DNA of 64,000 nt from an uncultured Acidimicrobiaceae bacterium (GTDB lineage Bacteria > Actinomycetota > Acidimicrobiia > Acidimicrobiales > RAAP-2), in assembly GCA_963764305.1 (NCBI GenBank), contig CAVXSD010000009.1:369949-433948 (forward strand), read 5' to 3'. A program made the translations under genes and the position numbers. The notes beneath the pieces are model-generated. The model was not told the DNA's origin. It did no database searches and was given only the letters and a program-made list of their open reading frames with translations. This document shows, one piece after another, positions 37,029 to 46,695 of this stretch (the stretch's first letter is position 1; each line of letters begins with the position of its first letter).

Positions 37029-37826
37029 ATGCTGGTGCTCGTCGAGGTCGAGGACCGGGTGGCCACGGTCACCCTCAACCGCCCGGAATCCCGCAACGCC
37101 ATTTCGGCCGAGCTGCACGGGCAGCTCGACGATGCCGTCACCAGCCTTGACGCCCGTGACGACGTGGGATGCATGGTGCTCACCGGCGCCGACCCGGCGT
37201 TCTGCGCCGGCATGGACCTCAAGTCCCTCGCCGCCGAGCTCCGCGAGGTGCAGAAGGAGCGGCTGCGGGGACCGTCACAGCGCTCCGGCATGATGCCGCC
37301 CCACGACACCCCGATCGTCGGCGCCATCAACGGCGCGACCGTGACGGGAGGTCTGGAGCTGGCCATGTGCTGTGACTTCCTGATCGCCTCCGATCAGGCT
37401 CGTTTCGCCGACACGCACGCCCGGGTCGGTGTCATGCCGGGCGGCGGCATGACCATCAGGCTGCCCCAACTCGTCGGCATCGACCGGGCCCGCCGCATGA
37501 GCTTGACCGGCGACTACATCGACGCCGAGACGGCGCGCGACTGGGGGCTGGTGGTCGAGGTCGTCCCCCATGCGTCACTGCTGGTGCGGGCTCGTGAGCT
37601 GGCGGCCACCATCGCGTCCATACCCGCCGAATACGTGCGCGAGCTCAGGCGCGGGTATGACGAGATCGGGGCCATGACCGGGCCCGAGGCGTTCCGGGCC
37701 GAGGCCAAGTGGTCGCGCTCGTGGATGTCGGAGCGCTTCGACCAGTCGCGGCTGTCAGCCGAGCGCGAGAACATCGTCGCCCGGGGTCGGGAGCAGAGCA
37801 CGGGGCTCGACGGCGCGCCGGCGTGA
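37029..37826 (+). CDS. Enoyl-CoA hydratase/isomerase family protein
   Basis: LNRPESRNA, TGADPAFCAGMDL and GAINGATVTGGLELAMCCD. GGAGGA RBS. Confidence 0.9.
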   Translation: MLVLVEVEDRVATVTLNRPESRNAISAELHGQLDDAVTSLDARDDVGCMVLTGADPAFCAGMDLKSLAAELREVQKERLRGPSQRSGMMPPHDTPIVGAINGATVTGGLELAMCCDFLIASDQARFADTHARVGVMPGGGMTIRLPQLVGIDRARRMSLTGDYIDAETARDWGLVVEVVPHASLLVRARELAATIASIPAEYVRELRRGYDEIGAMTGPEAFRAEAKWSRSWMSERFDQSRLSAERENIVARGREQSTGLDGAPA

Positions 37827-38857
37827 GGGTCTACGCGGGCATGGATCCGCGCCTGAGCCTGCCCGAGTCCGTCGCCCACGCACAGCGGGTGGAGCGGCTC
37901 GGCTACGACGGGCTGCACGTGGCCGAGACGGTGCACGACTCGCTGGCGGTGGCGCTCCTGGTCGCCGAGCACACCGAGCGCATCGTCGTCCGCACGAGCG
38001 TGACCCTCGCCTTCACCCGGAGCCCGACGCTCCTCGCCTACGCAGCATGGGACCTCGCGAAGCTGAGTGGCGGCCGCTTCGAGCTCGGCCTCGGGACGCA
38101 GGTCCGCCAGAACATCGAGGACCGGTACGCCGTGCCGTTCGGCCAGAACCCCATCGGTCGCCTGGCGGACTACGTCGGCGCAGTGCGGGCCGCCTTCACG
38201 TCGTTCGCCTCGGGTTCGGCGCCCGCCTACGCCAGCCCGCACTACCGGGTCACCCGCATGCAGCCCTACTTCAACCCGGGCCCGGACGCGGTGACGGTGG
38301 CACCGCAGATCTACCTCGGCGGCGTGCAGCGCCGGGCCTGCGAGCTGGCGGGAGCAGTGGCGGACGGCTTCGTCAGCCACCCGACCAACTCGAACCCGCG
38401 CGACCTGCGCGAGACGTGCCTCCCGGCTCTGGCCGAGGGAGCACGCGCCGCGGGGCGGGATCTGCATTCCGTCGGGTTCGAGACCGTCATCGGCACGTCC
38501 GTGATCACCGGGGCCTCGCTCGGCGCAGTGGTGGCCGAGCGAGAACGCCAACGCCGCCTCCTCGCCTTCTTGTACTCGACCCCCGCCTACGCCCCGACGT
38601 TGGAGCTCTACGGCTGGACCGACGTCGGTCCCCGCCTGCGCGAGCTCATCCACCACGATCGCTGGGACGACCTGGCCGGCGTGCTCTCCGACGAGGTGCT
38701 CGACACCCTCGTCCCCAGCGGCACCTTCGACGAGCTTCCGGGCCTGCTGCGCGACCGCTTCGCCGGGCTGGGGCAGGGCATCGTGGTGTCGCCACCTAGC
38801 GACGGGGCCGACGACGAGGCCTTCCGCCCCGTGGTGCAGGCACTGCAGGCGGCCTGA
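37823..38857 (+). CDS. LLM-class F420-dependent oxidoreductase
   Basis: The GTG at 37823 overlaps the upstream stop (GTGA). LLM-like motifs (GYDGLHVAETVHD, LSGGRFELGLGTQV). Confidence 0.8.
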   Translation: MRVYAGMDPRLSLPESVAHAQRVERLGYDGLHVAETVHDSLAVALLVAEHTERIVVRTSVTLAFTRSPTLLAYAAWDLAKLSGGRFELGLGTQVRQNIEDRYAVPFGQNPIGRLADYVGAVRAAFTSFASGSAPAYASPHYRVTRMQPYFNPGPDAVTVAPQIYLGGVQRRACELAGAVADGFVSHPTNSNPRDLRETCLPALAEGARAAGRDLHSVGFETVIGTSVITGASLGAVVAERERQRRLLAFLYSTPAYAPTLELYGWTDVGPRLRELIHHDRWDDLAGVLSDEVLDTLVPSGTFDELPGLLRDRFAGLGQGIVVSPPSDGADDEAFRPVVQALQAA

Positions 38858-38876
38858 ACCTGAACCGGCCGGCGCC

Positions 38877-39776
38877 TCAGCGGGGCATGGGGAAGATGAG
38901 CTCCTCGGCCGCCATGGCCTCGACGGCGGCGCGGCGCGCCTCGTCGTCCATCGGCGTGTACCGCTCGGCCGACGCGAGCACGCGAGGGAGGAGCGCGATG
39001 TCCCCGGGCGTGCAGAAGGCGTGGACGCCGGGCGTGGAGAGGGCGAAATGGATGCCGCGATCGAGCTCGTCGTCGCTGCCCTGCGGCTCGTACCACGAGT
39101 CGGCCCAGCGGGCCGAGGTGGCGGCACTCCCGACCACTGCCTCGGCCAGCGGTCGCCGGTCGGCCCATGGCCGGCGCGCCACCGCCTTGATGACCATCAC
39201 GCCCACGTCGCGCTCGGTGCACAGGGCGAGGAGCTCCTCGGCCGGCTCGCGGTACTCGGGTCGGGACCACAGGGCGGGGTAGACCGGGAACATCACGGTG
39301 TCGAGGTCGAAGCGTCGCAGCGCCTCGAGATGCGCACGCGGGACCTCGATGTCGTGCCCGGTGATCCCGGCGAAGCGGGTGTGACCGGCATTGCGGAGCG
39401 ACAGGATCCGTTCCAGCGCGGGCGAGCGCCGGTCGAGCTCTTCGAGTGAGGTCACCGCGTGGGCCTGATAGAGGTCCAGGACGTCCGCGTTGAGCAGGCG
39501 GCGGGTCGTGTCGAACTGGTCGGTGACACCGTCGGGATTGGCCCGCAACGTCTTGCCCGCGATGAACAGCTCGTCCCGATGGGCCGCCAGGTGCGGACCC
39601 ACCACCGACTCGGCCGCCCCGTACTGCGGCGCGATGTCAAGGTGGTTGACGCCGTGGTCGAGCGCCAGCTGCAGCCAGTCCCCGGCTTCCTCGACCGTGG
39701 CGGCCCAGCAGGCCGCGCCACCGAGCACGGCCACGCTGCTCTCGTGACCAGTCCGTCCGAGCCGGCGGCGCTCCAC
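38877..39776 (-). CDS. Aldo/keto reductase
   Basis: MERRRLGRTGHESSVAVLG..., GVNHLDIAPQYG and other AKR-like motifs. 299 aa, intact. Confidence 0.8.
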   Translation of the reverse strand: MERRRLGRTGHESSVAVLGGAACWAATVEEAGDWLQLALDHGVNHLDIAPQYGAAESVVGPHLAAHRDELFIAGKTLRANPDGVTDQFDTTRRLLNADVLDLYQAHAVTSLEELDRRSPALERILSLRNAGHTRFAGITGHDIEVPRAHLEALRRFDLDTVMFPVYPALWSRPEYREPAEELLALCTERDVGVMVIKAVARRPWADRRPLAEAVVGSAATSARWADSWYEPQGSDDELDRGIHFALSTPGVHAFCTPGDIALLPRVLASAERYTPMDDEARRAAVEAMAAEELIFPMPR

Positions 39777-39788
39777 GGTCGCGCCCCG

Positions 39789-40559
39789 CTAGCTCTTGAG
39801 CTGCAGCACGTTGAAGACGGCGCCGACGTTGTCGGCGAGCACGGCGAAGCGCCCAGGTTCGATATCGGTCGGCCCCATGAACAGGCTGGCCCCGAGCTCC
39901 TGGGCCTTGGCCACGGTGGCGTCGGTGTCGGCCACGGCGAAGTAGACGCCCCAATTCGGCGGCATCTCCGCGGGCATCTCGGGGGTCTTGGCCATCATCC
40001 CCCCGACCGACTTCCCCGTGAGCTTCCACTCCGTGTAGGCCGGTGGGCCTCCGGGAGGGCCCTGGTCCTCGGCGCCCCATCCGAACACGGCGCCATAGAA
40101 GGCCTTCGAAGCGTCGAGGTCCGTCGTGATCAGCTCGCTCCAGCAGTAGGTGCCGGGCTCGTTGGCCACCTGGGCCCCGGTGTGCTGGTTGGGCTGCCAG
40201 AGGCCCATGACGGCGCCGAGGGGGTCGGCGAAGATCGCCATGCGCCCCGCCTCCATCACGTCCATCGGGGGAGCGAGGACGGTTCCGCCGTTGGCGGACA
40301 CCTTGGCCACGGTGGCGTCGGCGCTGTCGACGTTGACGTACGTCAGCCAGACGGGCGGCATGTCAGGGTTCATCTGCGGGCCGAGCCCCGCCACGGTCTT
40401 CCCGCCCAGGTCGCACACCGAATAGCCACCGGCTTCGGGCGGCCCCTCAGGGCAGTTCCAGCCGAAGAGCCCGCCGTAGAACTCCTTCGACTTCGCCAGG
40501 TCGCTGCTGCCCAGATCGACCCAAGATGGGATTCCGTCTTCGTAGCGCTCGAACTCCAC
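39789..40559 (-). CDS. Two-module VOC (glyoxalase-like) family protein
   Basis: Two repeats of the pattern GIPSWVDL../YCWSELIT.. with FGW and GG..V module signatures. Confidence 0.8.
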   Translation of the reverse strand: MEFERYEDGIPSWVDLGSSDLAKSKEFYGGLFGWNCPEGPPEAGGYSVCDLGGKTVAGLGPQMNPDMPPVWLTYVNVDSADATVAKVSANGGTVLAPPMDVMEAGRMAIFADPLGAVMGLWQPNQHTGAQVANEPGTYCWSELITTDLDASKAFYGAVFGWGAEDQGPPGGPPAYTEWKLTGKSVGGMMAKTPEMPAEMPPNWGVYFAVADTDATVAKAQELGASLFMGPTDIEPGRFAVLADNVGAVFNVLQLKS

Positions 40560-40674
40560 AGTGCCTTCTCCTCATGAGCGTGCCCCGACGGGTTCGACGG
40601 TACCCGATCGATACCCCCCATGCACCGGCCGCGGGTGAGAAGATCACTGGAATGTCACGGAGCACGGGGGACAC

Positions 40675-41133
40675 ATGAGCCCCAACCCCATCGGCGTACG
40701 GGTGGAGCAGCTGGCCCAGGCGCTGGCCGAGCGCATCGTGCCGTTGATCATCGATGCGATCGACCTCAACGCGATCCTCGACAAGGTCGACGTGGAGAAG
40801 ATCATCGAACGCGTGGACATCGAAAAGGTCATCGATCAGGTCGACATGCAGAAGGTCATCGACAGGATCGACCTGCAGAAGGTCATCGAGCGTGTCGACC
40901 TGAACGCAGTCATTCAGGAGATCGACATCGAAGCACTGGTGGAACACACCGAGCTGGGCGCCATCATCGCCCGGTCCACCACCGGGGTCCTGACCGAGGT
41001 CCTCGACGTCATCCGGGCCCAGGGGGTCGGATTGGACGATTTCGTCCTCCGCTGGGGCAACCGGATCGTCGGGCGTGGCAGGCGCATCGCCGACTGGCCA
41101 GAAGGGCCGCCGCTCCTGGTGGGGGCGAAGTGA
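40675..41133 (+). CDS. Hypothetical protein containing 7 tandem 9-residue [IV]D[LVIM]xx[IV][IL][DEQ]x repeats
   Basis: The repeats are IDLNAILDK, VDVEKIIER, VDIEKVIDQ, VDMQKVIDR, IDLQKVIER, VDLNAVIQE and IDIEALVEH. The gene ends 7 nt before the RDD gene. Confidence 0.65.
   Translation: MSPNPIGVRVEQLAQALAERIVPLIIDAIDLNAILDKVDVEKIIERVDIEKVIDQVDMQKVIDRIDLQKVIERVDLNAVIQEIDIEALVEHTELGAIIARSTTGVLTEVLDVIRAQGVGLDDFVLRWGNRIVGRGRRIADWPEGPPLLVGAK
40759..40947 (+). repeat. 7 x 27-bp degenerate coding repeat
   Basis: Periodic GTCGAC/ATCGAC...AAGGTCATCGA units seen directly in the sequence. Confidence 0.85.
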
Positions 41134-41140
41134 TGCGGAA

Positions 41141-41698
41141 ATGACGACCGTGCCTGTGCCCCCGGCCGAGAGGACAGTCGGCCGCCAGGGCCACTACGCC
41201 GGGGCCGTCAGCCGCCTCGTCGCCTTCGCCGTCGACGTCGGCGTCTCGTGGGGCTTGTACACGCTGGGCGCAGCGCTGCTCGGCGGCGCGATCAAGCTGG
41301 TCACCGGGCACTCGTACACGGTCAGCAACCACCAGACCCTGTCCGCCGTCACCGTGACGCTCTGGGTCTTCTTCTACTTCACCTACCAGTGGGCGGTCAG
41401 CGGCAAGACGCTGGGCATGGCCGGGCTCGGCCTGCAGGTGGTGACGACCCAGGGCGGGCCCATCAGCGGACGCCAGGCCTTCCTGCGGACCGTCGGGCTC
41501 GCTTTCACGCTGTTCATCACTCTTGGCATCGGATTCCTCGGCATCGTGTACCAGCGCGAACGGCGCGGCCTCGACGACTATTTCGCCGGGACCGCCGTCG
41601 TCTACGACTGGGACGCCCGGGCCGCCCGCCTGCGCTGGATCGCCCGCACGGAGGGCCCCCATGCCGGCGCGGCAGCGCACAAGGAGCAGGCCGCCTGA
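41141..41698 (+). CDS. RDD-family membrane protein
   Basis: YAGAVSRLVAFAVDVG.. and ..GKTLGMAGLGLQVV.., with three hydrophobic segments. Confidence 0.8.
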   Translation: MTTVPVPPAERTVGRQGHYAGAVSRLVAFAVDVGVSWGLYTLGAALLGGAIKLVTGHSYTVSNHQTLSAVTVTLWVFFYFTYQWAVSGKTLGMAGLGLQVVTTQGGPISGRQAFLRTVGLAFTLFITLGIGFLGIVYQRERRGLDDYFAGTAVVYDWDARAARLRWIARTEGPHAGAAAHKEQAA

Positions 41699-41742
41699 CG
41701 AGGAGCAGCTCCGGTCGGGCGTGACCCGCGCCCTACGCTGCC

Positions 41743-42549
41743 GTGATGTCCTTCACCGAAGTCTCCCGGCCGCATCCCCAGGTCGCAGTCGTCACGCTGA
41801 ACCGCCCCGAGCGCATGAATGCCATGGCCTTCGACGTCATGATCCCATTCCGCGACGCGCTGCGCGAAATCGGCGACGACAACGCCGTGCGGGTGGTCGT
41901 CATCACGGGGGCCGGTCGCGGCTTCTGCTCGGGAGCGGACCACGAGAACCCCGGGACGATGCCCAACATGGACGGCCTCACGCTCCCGACCATCGCATTG
42001 CGCTCCATGGAGATGCTGGACGACGTGATCTCGACCATCCGCCGCCTGCACCAGCCCGTCATCGCCGCCGTCAACGGGGCCGCCATCGGCGGTGGCTTCT
42101 GCCTCGCCCTGGCGGCGGACATCCGGATCGCCTCGGACGAGGCTTATTTCCGGGCGGCGGGCATCAACAACGGTCTCACGGCGGCCGAGCTCGGGCTGAG
42201 CTTCCTCCTGCCCCGGTCCGTGGGGCACTCGAGGGCGGCCGAGATCATGCTCACGGGCCGCGATGTCGACGCGGGCGAAGCCGACCGCATCGGGTTGGTC
42301 TCGCAAGTCGTGCCGCCGGCCCGGCTCCTGCCGGCCTGCTTCGAGCTCGCCGACCGCATCAACGGCTGGGGGCGGCCCGGCGTCGAGTTGACCAAGCGCC
42401 AGCTCTGGAACAGCTTGGACGCCAGCAGCCTCCAGACCCACATGGACGCGGAGGGCACCTCCCAACTCTTCGTCCGCATCACGACGCGCAACTTCGAGGA
42501 GTCGGTGGCAGCCCGTACGGAGGGGCGCACGCCCGACTTCAGGGACTGA
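41743..42549 (+). CDS. Enoyl-CoA hydratase/isomerase family protein
   Basis: LNRPERMNAM, TGAGRGFCSGAD and AAVNGAAIGGGFCLALAAD. Confidence 0.9.
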   Translation: MMSFTEVSRPHPQVAVVTLNRPERMNAMAFDVMIPFRDALREIGDDNAVRVVVITGAGRGFCSGADHENPGTMPNMDGLTLPTIALRSMEMLDDVISTIRRLHQPVIAAVNGAAIGGGFCLALAADIRIASDEAYFRAAGINNGLTAAELGLSFLLPRSVGHSRAAEIMLTGRDVDAGEADRIGLVSQVVPPARLLPACFELADRINGWGRPGVELTKRQLWNSLDASSLQTHMDAEGTSQLFVRITTRNFEESVAARTEGRTPDFRD

Positions 42550-42560
42550 CGGCTCGGTGG

Positions 42561-42941
42561 TCAAGGAGAATTCATGAGCGAGTTCGCTGCCATCTGGAGA
42601 TAGTCGCGGAACTCGACTGCGTCGGCTGCCGAGATGCGCGACGCCGACTCGAGCTCGAGCAGCGCGCCAAGCATGTGGCGGAGCCAGGCTTCGCGTTCCG
42701 CCGGGCCGATGACGAATGGGACGTGGCGCATGCGCAGCCGAGGATGCCCGCGCTCCTCGCCGTAGGTGCCCGGGCCCCCCCAGTACTGCATCAGGAAGAG
42801 CGCAAGATGGCGCGACGACTCACGCAGGTCGTCGGGGTAGAGCGGGCGCAGGAGGGGATCGCCCGCCACGCCGAGATAGAAGCGGTCGACCAGGTCGACG
42901 AAGAACTGCTCCCCGCCGACCCGCTCGTACAATGCGTCCAC
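42561..42941 (-). CDS. glbO: Group II truncated haemoglobin (GlbO-like)
   Basis: LYERVGGEQFFVDLVDRFY...LYPDD..., YWGGP..Y and HPRLRMRH motifs. Confidence 0.85.
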   Translation of the reverse strand: MDALYERVGGEQFFVDLVDRFYLGVAGDPLLRPLYPDDLRESSRHLALFLMQYWGGPGTYGEERGHPRLRMRHVPFVIGPAEREAWLRHMLGALLELESASRISAADAVEFRDYLQMAANSLMNSP

Positions 42942-42979
42942 AAGCTCGACAGTAGAGGCTTTAGACTGCTCCCCGATTC

Positions 42980-43050
<71 letters not shown>

Positions 43051-43256
43051 CTCTTCAGACGTGCAGGCACGACGGTTGTAGCGGAATGATCGGCTGGCGG
43101 GCCCTCATCGTCATCCCGCGGACATCCCGCGAGTCGCAGTCGCCCCAGCTAACTGGGTCGGCGCCTGCCTCCCCATGCCGATCGGGGCTGATTCAGGTCC
43201 GGCGGTACAGCCCCTCAACACGGCAGGGAGGGACCAAGGGCAGACTGTCTGGAGCG

Positions 43257-44591
43257 ATGACCCATTCCCCTGAGACCCAGTACGCCCGCTCTGCCGACGG
43301 GACCAACCTCGCGTACCAGGTGAGCGGCGCCGGGCCACTCGAGATGGTGCTGATGCTGGGCGGCATTCCGATCGACCTCTCCGCTGAGGAACCCGGAATC
43401 GTCCGCCTGCGCAAGCGGCTGACAAGCTTCAGCCGCACCGTCTGGTTCGACGCCCGGGGTAGAGGCGCATCGGAAGGTGAACCCCGCGACGCCATTATCG
43501 AAGACGTTTTCGCTGCCGACCTCACCGCCGTGCTCGATGCGTCTGGTTTCGAGCGACCGGTGTTGGTGATGGGCGGTGAAGGGGGCGGGCTGGCGATCCA
43601 TTTCTCGGTCAACCATCCCGAGCGAGTAAGCGCTCTTGTCTTGGTCAACAGTTGTGCGTACTACGTGCGCGAGGACGACTACCCGTGGGGCACTCCTCCC
43701 GAAAGTCTCGATTACCTCCAGGCCACCATCAATGCACACTGGGGCAGGAGCGCACCCTTGGAGCTCCTCGCCCCCAGCCGGGTCACTGACGAGCGCTTCA
43801 AGGCCTGGTTCACCCGGACTCAGCGAGTCGACATGGGCCCTGACCAGGTCGCCGCAATCGTCCGGGCCGCTTTCGAAAGAGATGTACGCGAGCTTCTTCC
43901 GTCCATCTCTTGTCCAACCCTCGTCCTGCACCGTGAGGGCGACCGCTACATCCACCTGGGCGCCGGTCAGTACCTCGCCGAACACATCCCCGGCGCACGT
44001 CTCGTGGTTCTCCCAGGTGACGACCACCTCGCCTTCGTGGGCGACACCGACGCCTTGGCGGACGAGATCGAGGAGTTCTTGACCGGAGTGCGGAGCGGGT
44101 CCGAGGGCGATCTGAAGACCATGACCGTCCTCTTCACCGATATCGTCGCCTCTACCGAGCACGAGGCCAGGATCGGCTCGAGCCAGTGGTCCAGGCTGAC
44201 CGACCACCACGACGCACTGATCCGCGCTGCGCTTCTCCGCCACCGGGGGCGCTGGGTGAGGACGACCGGAGATGGCTTCGTGGCCACCTTCGACGGCACT
44301 AGGGGAGCGATTCGTTGCGCCGCCGAGATCCTGGCATCCGCCAAGGACATCGGCCTCGACCTGCGGGCTGGTATCCACACAGGTGAGGTCGAAATGCGAG
44401 GCGAGGATATAGCCGGTTTGACGGTGAACATCGCAAAGCGCGTGTGCGATCTGGCAGAACCTGGTGAGGTGCTCGTGACGAGGACGGTGACCGACCACGT
44501 GGTCGGCTCCGGCATCGCGTTTGAGGATCGGGGCGAACGCGAACTGAAGGGCGTCCCTGGGAGTTGGCGACTGTTCCGCGTCGAGGGTTGA
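43257..44591 (+). CDS. Alpha/beta-hydrolase-fold domain fused to a class III adenylate/guanylate cyclase domain (LipJ-like architecture)
   Basis: The N-terminal part is hydrolase-like (DARGRGASEG, GGEGGGLAI). The C-terminal part is a cyclase (MTVLFTDIVASTE, TTGDGFVATF, RAGIHTGEV, LKGVPGSWRLFRV). GGAG precedes the ATG at 43257. Confidence 0.85.
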   Translation: MTHSPETQYARSADGTNLAYQVSGAGPLEMVLMLGGIPIDLSAEEPGIVRLRKRLTSFSRTVWFDARGRGASEGEPRDAIIEDVFAADLTAVLDASGFERPVLVMGGEGGGLAIHFSVNHPERVSALVLVNSCAYYVREDDYPWGTPPESLDYLQATINAHWGRSAPLELLAPSRVTDERFKAWFTRTQRVDMGPDQVAAIVRAAFERDVRELLPSISCPTLVLHREGDRYIHLGAGQYLAEHIPGARLVVLPGDDHLAFVGDTDALADEIEEFLTGVRSGSEGDLKTMTVLFTDIVASTEHEARIGSSQWSRLTDHHDALIRAALLRHRGRWVRTTGDGFVATFDGTRGAIRCAAEILASAKDIGLDLRAGIHTGEVEMRGEDIAGLTVNIAKRVCDLAEPGEVLVTRTVTDHVVGSGIAFEDRGERELKGVPGSWRLFRVEG

Positions 44592-44739
44592 CTTGATCGT
44601 TCGCAAGGTGACGGAAACCGGATGGCTTGGGTGTCCCACAACGCCGGGACGCGGGCACTTCGGCCGTCCGGGGTCGCCTCGAAGCGTCGGTCAATCTCAA
44701 CCAACGGTTGAAAACTGTTGCCACCTATACTCACCACCT

Positions 44740-45204
44740 GTGGGTTATTCCGTTGATTTCGTCAACGTATCTGCCGTCGGCCTGGAGTCGTCGCCAATGG
44801 TGGCCGCGTTGGCCGGCCTGCGGGCGAACGAGGCTCGCTACTTCAAGAACAAGTACGACCACATCTTCACGGTTGAGCCTGCCGCCAAGGCCAAGAAGGA
44901 CATCGACATGGTGCACCGCATCCTCAAGGAGGAACGTGACATCGTCATCGCGTCGCCCGCGCTCGAGGCAACTACGTTCCAGGTCGAGAACATCCGCTGG
45001 ACCTACGTGTTCTACGAGAGCGGGCTGTCGATCAACGTCCTGTACACGCTCGACGGACCGAATCCGAAGCGGGCGGTCGGGTTCAAGCTCTCCGAAGGGA
45101 TGGACGTCCCCGCCGAGTTGGGCTCGTTCAAGTTCGCACGCCAGAAATCGAAACTCGCAGGGACCATCCGAGGCTCGTACTTCGTGATCAAGGGCGAGTA
45201 CTGA
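44740..45204 (+). CDS. Lys-rich hypothetical protein with no recognisable family
   Basis: GC-rich third positions despite a Lys/Phe-rich composition. Start uncertain (GTG 44740 or ATG 44797). Confidence 0.5.
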   Translation: MGYSVDFVNVSAVGLESSPMVAALAGLRANEARYFKNKYDHIFTVEPAAKAKKDIDMVHRILKEERDIVIASPALEATTFQVENIRWTYVFYESGLSINVLYTLDGPNPKRAVGFKLSEGMDVPAELGSFKFARQKSKLAGTIRGSYFVIKGEY

Positions 45205-45356
45205 ATCCATAAGGCGTCGGATCCGCCAGCGTTCGGTCCTGGTCCGGCCAGGCCCGAGAGTCCGGCAGCCGTCAACAACTGTGCGCCCTGTCGCAGGCGG
45301 TGGCTGTTCAACGGGCAACGATCCGCTCCAGAGTCTCCTCGCAGTGCCATGTCAAG

Positions 45357-45754
45357 ATGGCAGCGATGACCGATCGATCTGCTGTTCGCAGCTGGGTAGA
45401 GAGGTACGAGCCGCGTGGCGCATGGCCGGAACGGCTGAGATCTCGGCTTTATTCACGACCGATGCCACCTATCTGCACTCTCCTTACGAAGAGCCTGTGA
45501 TGGGCGTCGATGCCATCGGTCGAATGTGGGAACAAGATCGGGACGGGCCAAACGAGGTGTTTACGCTCTCCACCGAGGTTGTAGCGGTCGACGATCAGAC
45601 GGCGGTCGTTCGAGCTGAGGTGCGATATGGCCAACCCGTAAGCCAGGAATATCGGGACCTGTGGATCCTTCAACTCGAAGCTGACGGCCGATGTTCACGG
45701 TTCGAAGAGTGGCCCTATTGGCCTGGTCGTTCGTACTCCGCGCGGGAGGGGTAG
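45357..45754 (+). pseudogene. NTF2/SnoaL-like protein with one frameshift near 45406
   Basis: MAAMTDRSAVRSWVERYE is in one frame and AAWRMAGTAEISALFTTDATYLHSPYEEP... in the next. The two parts together form the typical SnoaL N-terminus. Confidence 0.6.
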
Positions 45755-45876
45755 CCAGCGTTCTGATCACTAGTCGAAGGTGATTGCTGGCAGGCAGACC
45801 GCTGCTCCCGGCACAGCCGTTGTCGTTTCGGCCAAAGGGTGTGAAACTTGGGCGTCAGCGACCGAGGAGGAGTTCG

Positions 45877-46197
45877 ATGCCGAAGTACCTTGTCCAAGCG
45901 TCTTATATCGGCGATGGGGTCCAAGGACTCCGCAAGGAGGGGGGCACGGCCCGTCGGGGCGTCGTCGAAAAGGCGTGTTCCAGCGTGGGTGGAAAGCTTG
46001 ACGCGTTCTACTTCTCGTTCGGCGAAACGGATGTCGTTACGATCATGGATCTGCCAGACAATGTGACCGCTGCCGGCGTCGCTCTGCTCGTCGCTGCGAG
46101 TGGCACGATTGACGTCAAGACCACCGTCCTGCTGACTCCGGAAGAAGTCGACGCCGCGGTGAAGGTGGGAGGCGACTACCGGCCACCCGGAGCTTGA
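45877..46197 (+). CDS. GYD-domain protein
   Basis: MPKYLVQASY..GKLDAFYFSFGETDVVTIMDLPD. GGAGGA RBS. Confidence 0.75.
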   Translation: MPKYLVQASYIGDGVQGLRKEGGTARRGVVEKACSSVGGKLDAFYFSFGETDVVTIMDLPDNVTAAGVALLVAASGTIDVKTTVLLTPEEVDAAVKVGGDYRPPGA

Positions 46198-46363
46198 AGG
46201 GAGTGATCCCCACCCCTTCCGCATAGTGCCCAAAGAACGGGAGCAGTGCCCCCGTTCACCGGCTACGGGCGCCCATGCATTGACGGCCGCATAGGTATTC
46301 GCTGTCCTCCTCATCGCAAGGAGGAGGACATGTCCACCCCCGATTCCCGGTTCAATAGCACTC

Positions 46364-46612
46364 TTGAGCGCTCGCGACGCCGATCCGTTCGCCCAGGCAC
46401 AGATGGCGGCGGCTGCGTTCCTGGTCCGTTACAGCGGTCAGACCCTCGAGACCTACCGCTACGGCCTGCGCACGTACTTCCAGTGGTGCACCGACGTCAG
46501 TCTCGAGGTCCTCGAGGCCAAGCGGGCCATTGAGCTGTGGCGCAGCGCTGTGTAGGAGCGAGGCTTGGCTGCCTCGACCATCGACAGGCGGCTGTCCACC
46601 ATCTGTGGCGTG
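46364..46612 (+). pseudogene. Tyrosine recombinase remnant (N-terminal SAM-like domain only, with an internal TAG)
   Basis: AAAAFLVRYSGQTLETYRYGLRTYFQWC...IELWRSAV, then TAG, then ERGLAASTIDRRLSTICG. No catalytic domain follows. Confidence 0.65.
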
Positions 46613-46695
46613 ACTGCTTGGCGGGTGGAAGCGTTGGTGAACTATTTCCAGGTGGTTGCCGTCGAATTCGTGGAGCGGCAGGTGTTCGCGGACGC

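Noticed and set aside
43257-44591. The cyclase as part of a CBASS- or Pycsar-type defence system
   Set aside because: The class III cyclase fused to an alpha/beta hydrolase is a known housekeeping-type actinobacterial architecture. No effector with a cyclic-nucleotide-binding, TIR, patatin or TM-effector domain is evident nearby.
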